A stretch of 61,121 bases of DNA, filler included, from Basidiobolus ranarum (Eukaryota): the NCBI GenBank assembly GCA_040143965.1. It is 7 parts of 7 records of this genome, joined end to end, with 100 filler letters (N's around TTAATTAATTAA, not from the genome) between each part and the next. Parts side by side here need not be neighbours in the genome. Positions count along the whole stretch, not along the records: positions 26,281 to 34,925 come from JASJQH010007820.1; positions 35,026 to 43,668 come from JASJQH010007821.1; 5 more parts are not named here. One strand, written 5' to 3'. Position numbers and translations under genes: made by a program. Positions 29,823-42,240 of this stretch are shown here, piece by piece. Below the pieces are notes generated by a model, which saw only the letters and a program-made list of their open reading frames with translations, ran no database searches and was not told the origin of the DNA. Each line of letters begins with the position of its first letter. Within the stretch, counting starts at the first letter, position 1.

Positions 29823-32800
29823 TGGTAAAAGTATTTATATGATTTGCCAGTGTTTTAGGCAAGATTTGGATTTGTGAATCCGACACTGAGGTGTAATTGA
29901 TTTGAATTTGTCCAGTTTATAGCTTACTATGAAATAGGCCTATTGAATGTGCTTAGAACATAACAAACATGCCTGTAAAGCATGAGTAAAAATTTGAGTC
30001 AATTAGGAGAAGTTTGAGAAAATAGCGAAAATTGATAAAAGTGATCAAATCAATATTTCTATTGATTAGAGCAATGGACACGCATTTCTGATTGACAGAT
30101 TTGAGAGCTAGTAATCAGAAAATGAAGAAACTAACTACTAAATAATAAGTTGCTATTAGCCTAGTTGCAACATTCCCACTCAACTAATTATTTAGATTTA
30201 TCTTGTATGTAACTTATATCTTAATAATTAAATTTGTGCTTTAGCTAAAGGTTTGGTCAAGATGACACATTCTTTTCTTAATTAAGGCAATACACAAGTT
30301 CAATTACATCATCATCTATTGCTTCTTACAAAATAATGCCTAATATCTATAAGTTTAGTTCTAGCATGAAATATACGGTTTTTAGCTACTAAAATACAGC
30401 TGTGACTATCTTGAAATACATTAATAACATGTTTTTGCAAATATTGTAAGTCTGTAAATAGCTTTCTTAACCATATAGCTTCTTGTGCAGCAGCAGAGGC
30501 AGTCATATACTCTGCTGTGGTAGTAGAAAGTGCTAGAATTGGTAGATTCTTTCTATTCCAAGTTATGGCTCCATTACCACAGAGAAAAGTGTTCCCAGTT
30601 AAAAATATTCTATCATTGAGGTCTCTATCTCAGTCTGCAGCATTGAGCCTTCAAACCTTCATGCATCAGGAGTGCCAAAATATTCCAGAACTAGATCTAC
30701 AGTTCCTGACAAACACCTGAATATTTGTTCAACTGCAGCTTTGTACTCAGATCCTTGATTTTTGAGATATTGGCTGACAGTTCCCACTGCCATGGCAATG
30801 TCTGGATGAGTTCCAAACATTGTATACATTAAACTACCTACCATGGATTGATAGGGAAACTCCCGGCTTTGATTTGAGTCATTTTTGGCCAAATCAGATG
30901 ATGTTGTGATTAATATCACATTGAGATCCATTGGTGTTAAGACAGGCTTGCTATTCTCTATGTTGAAGCACTTTAGGATGTTTAGGAAGCCTCTAGACTG
31001 ATTTGGCAGGATTTTCTGATTGGGGTCATTGCTCTTGATTTAGATTCCAAGGAAACAGCTTAATTCACCCATATCAGTCATCTGAAATTGGTTCAATAAA
31101 CTTCTTTTTGTCAGATTAAGTACTTCTAGATCATTTGTGGCTATCATCAAGTGATCTATTTATAATCCCTGGATAAGGTTCTGATGTCCTGTTTTTTTGA
31201 TGAAAATACTGTTAACTGCTGTTCATTTTTGCAATTCCAGCAAATCCAAATAGGTATCTATCTTGTTTTACCAAGGCTTGGGAGCTAGCTTGAGTTCATA
31301 TAGCATTTATGTAACTTACAGACCATATCAGGGTGTTTGGGTCAACAAATCCTTCTGGTTGCTCCGTACAAATATGTCTTTCTAGATTTCCATTCAGAAA
31401 GGCTGTTTTTATATTCATTAGATGTAAATCAAGTTCATGGATGGCAGAGAGTGCCAGAATTGATCTGTTGGAGCTAAACTTGGCTACTGGCATAAACCAC
31501 TCATTCAAATCAAATCCTGGAGTCTGTAAACAACCTTTTCAAACTGATCTTACTCTGTACCATTCTATGACTCCAGCAGCATGATTTTTGACTTTGAAAA
31601 CCCACTTGCAACCTATTGACTTTCTCCCTGTTGGTAGATGATTTAAAACCCACTTCTTATTGGCAAGAAGTGAAGAAAGCATGTTAGGCATTGCTTTTTC
31701 CCATAAGTCTGATTTGAAAAACTCTGGAGCTTGATCTGGAATTTGTGGTTTGTCACAAAATGCTGCATAAGCATATATATCATCATTGAAAGTGTTCCAA
31801 CAGTCCCTGGCTTATTACTCCTTCTGGATGATCTTCCAGGTCCTGAATCATCTACTTATGTTGTTGGGGCCAAAATTTCAGTTGAAGTGGGCTCAGATAC
31901 ACCAGGAATTCTGCCAGAGGATGCTTGAATAGTGGCAATTGTGTTTTCAGTATCAAAAACTTTGATCTAGGGTGAAAAATGTGCTTTTTGTGAAAAATCA
32001 CATGACTGCACTTGGTTATCTTCTGACTATTGGTATCTAACAGTCTGTAGGCCACAGATCCACTACAGTAACCAAGATTTATGTACTTCCTGCTTTTAGG
32101 TTCAAATACAGAGCATTTTTGAGCAGTAATTAGGCAATATGATGTCCAACCAATTTTATGATTAGAGCAAAAAATAGCAAAGTGTTTAGAGCAATAATCT
32201 CCACCATTGCCACTCCAAAGTAACCTTCATTTTTGTGTTGATTCTTTCCATACCATTGCTTTGTAGTGCTACAATATAGTTAAGGCTTTAGATTTTGATT
32301 TGAGAAATAATACCTAAGTAAATCTTGTTTTGGCATCAATAGGTTGTTCATAGAGCACCTTCTGCCACCTATTGAGGCATTTTTCATGGGCCAACATAGA
32401 TCTGAAGGTATCAGGGCAAAAACCTGAGTAAATTTGTTCTCTCCTAAGCTGTCTGTGCTGTTCTCCTCGTATGCAACCTTCATACAGATCCAAATTGGTA
32501 AAATTTTCAATTTCTGAGCCTGAAACTAGCTAACTTTGGATTGTTTGGGTCAGTTTCTGTTCCCCAATGTGGTTTAAACCTCTGTGCCACAGTTAACAGG
32601 TTGATACACTGGCTTTGGCCAAGCTTTAGCATGTATAAGTTTGATTTTTGATTCCAGTTGCTAAATTGATATTTTTCAGATCTGCAATAGTGCATCCAGC
32701 CTGGTCAGTCACAAAATTTAGTCCTTGAGTTGTTTATTGGCATACTGAGAGTATTTTAGGCATATGCTTGATTTCATATTAGGGGTGCCATTGTGGAAGC

Positions 32801-33123
32801 CTGTTAGATGCTTTACAGTTTCAAAAAGTGTCCGATCAGCATCATCCTGCTCTTAATTAGATTTTGTTAATCCCATATTCAAAAGCCTAGCACCAACATA
32901 ACCCACATTAACTACTCTGACTTTGATTCAAGGGTAATTATGAGGTTCCCAAACTCATCTAGCAGGCTCCCAAGTAGTGTCATGACTAAGTCATCTTCAT
33001 ATAAAGGTGCTCTGATGGATGAGAGCTGATCAGCCATAGTATTTATGTAATTTCTATGATTAGCCTTAGAATCAGCAGAATATATCTAGATTGAGAATAA
33101 TTTTGATGTAAGATATAGCATAT
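29823..33123 (-). mobile_element. Degenerate copia family A element, inverted, with 3' LTR at 29823-30172
   Basis: Minus-strand gag, IN (SDLCWPM), RT (KTAFLNGNL, YQSMVGSLMY), RNase H (AQEAIWLRKL, IDIRHYFVR); PPT complement TTCCCACTCAA at 30173-30183. Confidence 0.92.
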
Positions 33124-34135
33124 TGTTGCAATTGGGTAAATAGCAACTAATTTTTAGTAGTTAGTTTATTCATATTCTGATCATTTAGCACTCAATTCTG
33201 ACATTCAAAAACGTGTGCTTATTGTTCTAATTGATAGAAATCTCAATTACATCACTTTCACCAATTTTCACTATTTTATCAAAACCTCTCCTAATCATCA
33301 CATTTTTTGACCCATGCTTAACAGGCATGTTTATTATGATGTAAGCACATCCCATATTCCTATTTCATAGCAAACTATAAATAGGTCATATCCAATTCAA
33401 TAAATTGAAATGTCCAATTCACAAATCCAAATCTTGTCCAAAACACTTCCAAATCCACTAAACACTTTTATCAGGTCATGAGCCCTGAGCCAGCTATTAA
33501 AGGAATGTCTACCAGTACTATTACCAATATTTTTGCATCCACAGAGAACTTTGATTGTAAAGACTTTCACCTTGGGAAGTTCAAGATGTCAATGGTGCTA
33601 GAAGACAAGGACCTTTGGGGATTTGTTACAGGAGAAGAAATCAAGCCAAAGGGACCACCAGAAGCTATCCTTGCCTTTCACAAGAAGCAGAGGAAAGCAC
33701 TCTCTACACTTTGTCTACATCTCATAGATTCTCAATGGAGGCACATACAATAAACCAAAAATGTCCAAAATGCTTGGGAAACACTTGAGGGACTATATGA
33801 GACTAAAAGTCAGGCTAATATGCTATATTTTAGGCAAATTTGTTTTCAATCATTAGCAATGGGAAATGTTGGTGCTAGGTTTTGAATGAAGAATTAAGGA
33901 GATCTAATTCTCAGCAAAATAATGAACAAGCATTTTTGGAGCTGTAAAACATCTAACAGTCTTCGATAATGGTGCCCCTAAGAGAAAATTAATAATCTGC
34001 AAGTATTGCACAACACCAAGCCATTTAATCAAAGATTGCAGAAAAGAGATTTTTGCCAAAAAAGCTAAAATTAGAACAAGCAAACCAAGTAAGCACTGAT
34101 AGAGATCATTTATTGGTGTCTGCCCTATCAGTAAC
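33124..34135 (+). mobile_element. Copia family A 5' end: LTR (33124-33473), PBS and internally deleted gag
   Basis: TGTTG...TATCA followed directly by GGTCATGAGCCC (PBS); gag ORF 33478-33753 KFKMSMVLEDKDLWGFVTG; zinc knuckle CKYCTTPSHLIKDC near 33998. Confidence 0.9.
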
Positions 34136-34160
34136 TGTTGAAATTTTTAGGGAGAAATAT

Positions 34161-34233
34161 TGGTCTAGCCCAGATTTGAACCTGGGACCTCCTTCACTCT
34201 AGCAAGGTGCTCTAACCACTGAGCTACCAGTCC
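34161..34233 (-). pseudogene. tRNA-like sequence (pseudo-tRNA or tRNA-derived module) at the end of the CACTA-like element
   Basis: GGACTGG TA GCTC AGTGGTTA GAGC A CCTTG CTAGAGT GAAGG AGGTC CCAGG TTCAAAT CTGGG CTAGACC A: cloverleaf spacing and A/B boxes present, but one mismatch each in acceptor, anticodon and T stems. Confidence 0.8.
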
Positions 34234-34925
34234 CCCTAGTAAAAACAAAATCGATTTGATCCGGTTTGGATCCACTCTCCAAAAGGGCAAAATGGTCAGA
34301 GAACCATCACAATATTTGTACCTTGCATTCAGCCAGGGATTTTTGTGGAGTGACGCCAGTTTCTTGAAGGTATTTTGATGGTATTCATATATGTTAAAAT
34401 ATTGATTCTCAAATTTGGCATGGGTTATTTGATATCTGGCAATTTTGCAAAATATAATTTTTGAATGGCAAATCATTGGGATTAGTGATGTAGGAATTTG
34501 AATTAATATGCATGCCTTTATTTAGATATTTTAGGCTTTGTATTCCAGCCATAATGAGAATCAAAAAATACAAGAATCTTGTTGTGTCTAGTCTCTACAT
34601 ATGCACATACTTCACTGATTAGACATAACTCAACAACATCAATATGTGTTACCAGCAAATTATTGGTGGAAAAATTGCTAAACATCTGAAATTTTGAATA
34701 GCACTGACACTTGGCAAATAGCTGACTCTGGTTACCATTTACAATGAGAATAAGCTCTTGGATTTTGGCAAATTTCTGTAAAGAATTCAGCCAATGTATC
34801 CCCAACTTGCGGCCAACAAATGTCCTGCCACAAGTAAATGTGTCATTGCTCGAATAAATTACCCCATGGCTAAAACAATAATACTGCATATCTTGATCTA
34901 TCTCACCAAGAAGTCTGTCTTGCAG
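34234..34925 (-). mobile_element. CACTA-like element, 3' fragment (copy 3), cut by contig edge
   Basis: Colinear, same orientation, with ~645-1338. Confidence 0.82.
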
Positions 34926-35025
34926 NNNNNNNNNNNNNNNNNNNNNNNNNNNNNNNNNNNNNNNNNNNNTTAATTAATTAANNNNNNNNNNNNNNNNNNN
35001 NNNNNNNNNNNNNNNNNNNNNNNNN
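34926..35025. other. Artificial contig spacer
   Basis: 44 N + TTAATTAATTAA + 44 N. Confidence 0.99.
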
Positions 35026-36218
35026 ATACTCTCGGCAAATTCATCTTCTATAGTGGTCTTGTTCGAGCCTATGCTACAAATATCTACGGGGAGCTTTACA
35101 TCGCAATCCTTCTCATTTATACACATCGGTCTTCCAAGAATTGAGCTCAGTAGCCGATCTAAGAAGAAACATCCCCACCAAGTAAGTTGTCGATTCTGCT
35201 TCTGTACTAAATCCATCTTATCCAAGTCTAGATTGCGATGAAGCCCCAGTTCTTGCCCTATTCGGATTGCCATACCGAGAAACATCCAATCTCCTTCCGG
35301 CTGAAAAGACAGTAAGATCAAAGCTTGGACTGTCTGCACAGAAGGTGTTAGATACTCTTTATCGAGGTAGGCCTTTGCTTGAGTAAAGAAATAGTTCGAT
35401 ACGCTGTACAGGGTTTCTGCATCTTCAAATATATCACCTATTTGAATGTATGAGCATACCAAAGCATATATTGAATACAGTAAGGTCAACGACACTTCCT
35501 TTCCAGAGCTAATACGATCCTGAAAATCGACCTTGTTGAAGATAGGGACGTATCTATGAAATCTATCAAAGTAAATTGACAACAATCGTGTGGTGAGCTC
35601 CTGGAGGGGAAGATATTGCGATAGGGCCAGCGGAATGCTCTCATCGTTCTGAAGGTGATATTTTAACTCTTGTATTAGTCCGTATCGGTTGTACTTACCA
35701 CCTTCTAAAACGTATAACCCTGAACTACTCCCTACGTATCGAAAAGATTTTTTTCCCCCTATTGCTAATTTACCAAGATTCTGAGAGATTTTCGACAAAG
35801 CATTGTCTTCTTTTTCATCCTCTTCGTGAGATATATTTACACTCTACAAATATGAAGAGATAGAGTAAGTTTCAACTTAGATGAATATGGTGAATGTGCA
35901 AAGTTCAACAAGTGAGAAGACTACCTCAGGTAGGAGTTGTGTTTCCTCACGTGCTCTTGAGCAATGATTTCCTACTAGGGGTAGTACTAGCAATTCTAGT
36001 TTTTCTAAACGACTCTCTAGTAATGTTACTTTTGAAGGATTAGGCCCTCTTTTTTTGGGTTTATATGTAAAAATACAATCTAGCCCAAAATCTGCGCAAT
36101 GGGAACAAGCAGGTGTTGCTCCGTCACATTTAACTTTTCTCTTGCGACATACATCACATGCACGTGAAGCTTTTGATTTTTTTACAGGAAAGGAGCTATA
36201 TTCTGGTAGGTGAGACAT
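35026..36218 (-). CDS. Zn(II)2Cys6 transcription factor, copy B, 3' end cut by contig edge
   Basis: ACDVCRKRKVKCDGATPACSHCADFGLDC; one intron ~35845-35923; fungal TF middle region YVGSSSG, GMAIRIGQELGLHR, WWGCFFLDR. Confidence 0.93.
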
Positions 36219-36987
36219 GTCAAGGGTCAACTTGTATATGTGTATATATATTTATCGCCTCTTCAATGTGATGTGAGACTTTACACCAGTTTAGATCTAC
36301 CCACATTAGGAACTTGCTTGTAAGGTGATCAGACTGACGTTAAAATAGATAAACTACGTTAGATTTTGATTGGTTCGTTTATCCACGATGAGATTAAATA
36401 CCAAGGATTTTATATATTCAAAGATTAAACAAGAAATATCAGCAAACATGACTGTGACAATAAAAAAAAGAAATATCGCATACTATGGATGAATCACTCG
36501 TGTTCTGTATAGCATTCCAGGAGTAGTCGCGAGGGATATAAAGATATATTCACCTTAGACATCTATCGGCGTGAGAATAACTTGTTATATTAGTGAACCG
36601 CCCATCTAAACCTGCTTATTGAATCTAACAACGGAATTAGAGTGTATCTCTATTGCGTACAGATGTATACCAATAGACTATCAAGCGAGGAGTAGAGAAC
36701 ATATCTTATCCAATAAATAATACAATTGAAATGATATATTAGCACTTCGAAAATAACCGTGAGATACAAAGTTTTCTACTTTCTTAGCTAACAATGTATC
36801 TTCATCAATAAACAAACCATGGACGCTATCTTTATAAATGGAAAATGTTCTTTATACTGTACAGACCGCCTAATACAAAACTTGTTGTGGGCACTATCAG
36901 CTCATCTATGACATACTCAGTTATGAATTGAAGGAAATATGTAGGCTCAACTCAGACTCTAGCTAACAATACACAACAAAGGATAGA

Positions 36988-39221
36988 TTACTTTCCTCCA
37001 TTGTTTTCTGGTGTTTGATTAAACATCGATATAAATACATTCCATAGCTCAAGGTCAAAATCATCAGCATTTTCATTATCTTCACCTCCAAGAGTTGCAG
37101 CACTATTCACAGTTAAGCTTAAGGTATTTATGTCTGTAAGTGGGCGACTTTTGCCAGTGTCAACTACTTTTGGTTCTGTCAACTCATCACGGTCAGTGCT
37201 AGTTGCAGGATATGATAAAACTGAAGGTGAGCTAGTGGATTTGATATTAGGGGAGTCATTCGGTGTAGCTGAAGGCACATTGATGCTCGTTTTGTGAGAT
37301 TGTAAAAACAAACTCTCAGAATCGTGTCGAGAGGGCGGACTAGTTAGATACCCGCTAGTAGGAAGCTGTTCTTTGGATGAGGAATAAATCACTGGTTGTT
37401 GTGAATCAGATACCATGTCTGAGAGTCCATGAGACTGGATCATGTCCTCAATAAAGATTACATTTCGGTACAATATTGCCGAGTGGATATTGATATTCTT
37501 TAGGATGTTAAGGTTAACAATCAGATTGGCCTTGGAGGCATAAGCTAGATTGGAGTCTGATGAGGTTATGTTCATCGTGTGGATAGTGCTCGCGCAGAAT
37601 ATAAATGTCGATTTGCCTTGTATCTCATGCAGCAAATAGGGTTCATGAATATGATACAGAATATAAGAAATGATACTGGCTGATTTGGCACACGCTTGGA
37701 GTGCGAGATTATTGAATGGGGACGTACTATCGCCTGAAGGTGCAATATATGGTCGATTAGTCAAGATAACAATATAGTGGTACTGTAAGGCCAGCATTGC
37801 GGCGTAGTGGCTATTCGGTCGGCTGAGGGTGATATCATACCAGAACTCTGGTCGAAGAGTAGTATTCCAATCGCTGAGGGATTTGTTGAGATGTAGAAGT
37901 GTATCACGCGCCTTCGATTTGCTCTTCTTTGTTACTCCATAAATAGTACGAAGGGTTTGTGTCAAGAGCGTATACAAGCAAATGACTTGATTGAAATAGC
38001 GAATACTCTCGGCAAATTCATCTTCTATAGTGGTCTTGTTCGAGCCCATGCTACAAATATCTACGGGGAGCTTTACATCGCAATCCTTCTCATTTATACA
38101 CATCGGTCTTCCAAGAATTGAGCTCAGTAGCCGATCTAAGAAGAAACATCCCCACCAAGCAAGTTGTCGATTTTGCTTCTGTACTAAATCCATCTTATCC
38201 AAGTCTAGATTGCGATGAAGTCCTAGCTCTTGGCCTATTCGAATAGCCATACCAAGAAATGTCCAACTTCCTTCCGGTTGAAAAGCCATTAAGATCAAAG
38301 CTTGGACCGTCTGCACAGAAGGAGTTAGATATTCTTTATCAAGGTAGGCTTTTGCTTGGGCAAAGAAATGGTTCGTTACGCTAACATGAATCTCTGGGTC
38401 TTCATATATTTCGTCCATTTGAATATGTAAACATGCTACAGCATAGATCGAATTCAATAAAGCTAATGACACCTCCTTTTCTGAGTTAATTCGATCTTCC
38501 AAATCGGCTCTGTTGAAGATAGGAACGTATCTATGATGTCGATCAAAGTAAATTGGCAATAATCGCTTGGTGAGCTCCTGGAGAGGGAAATTGTTTGATA
38601 AGGCCCAGGAAACACTACCATAGTTGTCAAAGTGGTATATTAACTCTTTCAATAATCCGTCTTTATTGAGTTTCCCACCCTCTAGAACGTATAACCCAGA
38701 GCTGCTTCCTAAATATCGAAAATAGTGCTTTCCATCCAGTGCTAGATCTGAAAGACACTGAGAGAGTTTTGATAACGAACTATCTTCTTCGCTCTCTTCT
38801 TCGTCTTCTTCTTCTACGTCCTCTTCTTCTTGAGATATCATCATACTCTACAAGTTAGAAAGGATTAAGTATGAGTATTCATAAGAATGCAGATTGATAC
38901 AAGTGAAGAGTGGTGGAGTTTTTTTACCTCAGGAGAGAGTCGTGTCTTCTCGAGTTTTTTCGAGCGATTCTCTTCTATCAGGGGTAGCATTAGCTTTTCT
39001 AACCTTCCTAAACGACTCTCAAGTGAAGTTCCTGATAAAGGATTAGGTCCTCTTTTTTTGGGTTTATACTTAAAAGTACATTCGTATCCAAACTCTACAC
39101 AAGTAGAACACGCTGGTATTGCTCCATCACATTTAACTTTTCTCTTACGACATACATCACATGCACGTGAAGCTTTTGATTTTTTTACAGGGAAGGTGTT
39201 GTATCCTGACAAGAGAGACAT
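36988..39221 (-). CDS. Zn(II)2Cys6 transcription factor with Fungal_trans domain, copy A
   Basis: ACDVCRKRKVKCDGAIPACSTCVEFGYEC; intron ~38849-38927; long second exon (ORF 36988-38844) with GMAIRIGQELGLHR..WWGCFFLDRLLSSILGRP; acidic C-terminus. Confidence 0.95.
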
Positions 39222-39752
39222 TACAATTGTCAACGAATTTGTGTATATTGCTTCAAAATGATATGAATTTGCCAAGCTTGGCCTTATAACAATTGAGATA
39301 ATCCGGTCATATCAGGTATTTAGTTGGTACATGATCGATGTAGAAATATGAGTGTCACAAAAACTGCGGTTGAACATTATTTTGTTAATTTACTGCGGAC
39401 TTGAATTGAAACAGGTTGCCTACAAACATCAGAAATAAATATCACGTATTCCAAGTTAACTCTTCAGGGATTTAATCCACTCATGTCCTTATTTAAACGA
39501 ACTTGTGTTTCGGGGGGAGGAGAATTATCAATGGTGCGAACTATGCTAGCAACTGCCCTTTTCCACTTTGCTATGATGCTTCTCTGATGATCACCTGATC
39601 GCAGTCACAGGTCTACCATTTATTATCGCACATATGTTAAAAATCCTCCTTTAAAGAAATCTGATTTGGCTATTAGCCTCACTTCCCTTTTTCTTATCAC
39701 TCCTTGATTTCAGTACAAAGAAAGCCTTACTGTAGAATTAACTAGACGTAAT

Positions 39753-40679
39753 ATGACAAGATTAGCGTTAGGTTTGAAGCTAGGAAATTTGTTCTCTATA
39801 TGTGCTCTTTTAGGCCTATCCACTTATTTCGCTGTGTGGGATACGGGAGCCATTGATGAATGGTTTCAACATCCCAATTATTTCATGCCAGCTAGTTTTA
39901 CAAATATCATCATCCCTTTCATCTATCTCCTTTTTATCCTCTTTGTTTTAACGCAGTTTCGACCCGAATTTGACGAACTGGTTATCAACGGCATAGAGAT
40001 TTGGTTTACACTGTCGAATATTTTCACTATCAGTTGGCTGGTTTGCTTAGTATGTTTTTCAAACTTGTAAGATGGGCTTTGTTATTACGCTGGCTTCTTT
40101 AACACGATTCCTAAATTCTAGAAATTCCGTTGGTTTTATGCTCTCGAAGCTTCCATGTTTGGTATTTTGATAAGTGTTTCTAAACTCTATCAAAATTTGA
40201 GTTATTATCGTTTTCAAGATTGGTTAAGTTATTTCACGGTGTATCTTCCCTTTACAATGTTCACGGCTTGGACTATTGTTGATACCATAGTCACCACTTT
40301 TGTCGTATTTTTCGACTTGAATCGAGGTGACCATGAGTACAGTAAATATATATCCATGGCCTCTATTGGACTCTTAACTCTAGTTGGGTTATATCAATCA
40401 GAACGTAAAGGACATGCCGCTTACGGTTTAGTTATAGGATGGTTAGTACACAATATCTTTACACATTCTCATCCCTATACCAAACGCTTAAACTCATATA
40501 ACTTGGAATATAGGTCCTTGTTTGGAATTGCTATTGAACAATCAGCCGAGTATTATCTTAATATTGTTGGGTTGATCAGTTGTGGTGTAGTTTTGGGCTC
40601 AGTTGGACGTGGTTGTTTACACGAGATCATTTCACGCTTAAGAATTGGAACTAGTGAAGAACGTCGTCGACTTCTTTAA
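39753..40679 (+). CDS. Polytopic membrane protein, probably DUF1774/TspO-related, 3 exons
   Basis: About 7 hydrophobic segments; YFMPASFT..IYLLFILFVLTQF and YLPFTMFTAW resemble this family; introns ~40050-40121 and ~40442-40513; terminal ERRRLL acidic dileucine-like motif. Confidence 0.7.
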
Positions 40680-41493
40680 AAACACTCACCCCCTGACCAA
40701 GTAATATTCCAAACGTATTATGTGAATATTCTAAATTGTATATCAAATTATTTTTATGAATTATTGAGAAAGAATTCCTCATCTTAATGTTAATAAATTT
40801 CACCCTATATTCTATAATAAAGTCGTCGTTGAAAAATCAAAGTAAAGAATTCCCTTCTCGTAATATGGATTTAGTTGTAAAGAGAAAATATTTATTTTAT
40901 ACATATGTTACGAATATGCTACCCTACAGTAAAGAACAACTCAATTTAGCGATATGAATTTACTACACATCACTCTACTGTTTAAGAAAAATAGGCGTGC
41001 AGAGGTGAGGGGTGGGTGAGAGAGAAGGAGCCAGGGAAACTCCGCGCATAAATCTACCACTGCGTTCCCAATTGAGCGAGTGGATTTGTATAGACTTTGC
41101 TAAATCTCATACAGGATGACGAATAATCACCATTTGACCTAAACGACAAAATGGTCAACTCAGAAATTATCAGCTCCTTCACGCCATTGGATACTGTACT
41201 CAACATAAAGGAGACAATACTACATGTTTTGTTACCCAATAGAAAGTAAATTTCACAGTAGAAAATAAAATGAATGGGACAATAAGCTACAAAAACTATA
41301 CTATCATTGAAAAGGCGCTTGGGTAAGGTTTAAAACTGTAAGAAAGGTAAAGTTGTCATGCTACAAGTCACGTGGGCCCAGTAAGGCAAGTTTAAGAATG
41401 TGATTACACAAAAAGGGATGGAAGGATGGAGGGAGTTTAAACAACGGGTGACTTTACAATTGCTTTGATGATATATGAATTTTAGCTTCTGAC

Positions 41494-42240
41494 TTAGAAT
41501 GTTCGACGTCGAATATCTACCCAAATAAATATCGTTGTCAGGGCCCACAGTACCACCTGCACCAGAGTGAGATGAATGGTTGTTTCTGAAAAACTTGAGC
41601 ATTTCTGTACACTTTCCGACGGGTAGTCACTAATGAATACAAGGATATTGTTACCACCCTCAAGTCTCCGAACAAGCCAATCTATAAATACCGCACCCCA
41701 CATCAAAAAAATCCCCAGCTGAGTAGATAAGTGAATCATATTGCGGCTTCGTCGCTTGGTAACATGCTGTACTAATGGTGAGCCTTCGTTCGCCTCAGGG
41801 TCTACAGCAGCACCTGAAGAGCCTGTTACCTTGACTGTGCGGCACTGATTAATGCGCCCACGTACCCAGCTAAGAATGTATATAAAAGAAACAATCCAGG
41901 AAAGAATACCACAAGTTATAGTGAATGTGGTAGAACCACTTGCGCCACAGATATGTATGAATTGTACAATGGAGTCGAGCAACAATATCGTGGTAATAAG
42001 AATGGTCATACGAATCAGGAGTAATGGCCACCGGTGAGTCCAGCTACGTTTACGATCTAACTGAGGGGAAATGTATTCCGGTGAGACGAAGGATACGTAT
42101 CTTGGACGTTTACCACGTTGAGGAATAGACGCAGGGTGAGTGGATGGAATGATTGGCTTTTCACACAGATTACTGGTGGAGGAGGTCATCGATGAAGATG
42201 GTGAGGAAGAGAGCATTATGTTAAGTAGTACTAGATGCAA
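41494..42240 (-). CDS. Hypothetical membrane protein (about 4 TM), single exon; start may be 42189-42216
   Basis: 248-aa ORF with a Ser-rich N-terminus and four hydrophobic stretches; no family recognised. Confidence 0.65.
   Translation of the reverse strand: MHLVLLNIMLSSSPSSSMTSSTSNLCEKPIIPSTHPASIPQRGKRPRYVSFVSPEYISPQLDRKRSWTHRWPLLLIRMTILITTILLLDSIVQFIHICGASGSTTFTITCGILSWIVSFIYILSWVRGRINQCRTVKVTGSSGAAVDPEANEGSPLVQHVTKRRSRNMIHLSTQLGIFLMWGAVFIDWLVRRLEGGNNILVFISDYPSESVQKCSSFSETTIHLTLVQVVLWALTTIFIWVDIRRRTF

Noticed and set aside
34161..34233. Functional Ser(AGA) or amber-suppressor tRNA implying recoding
   Set aside because: Mismatches in three stems, no long variable arm, and CTA is not at anticodon positions 34-36
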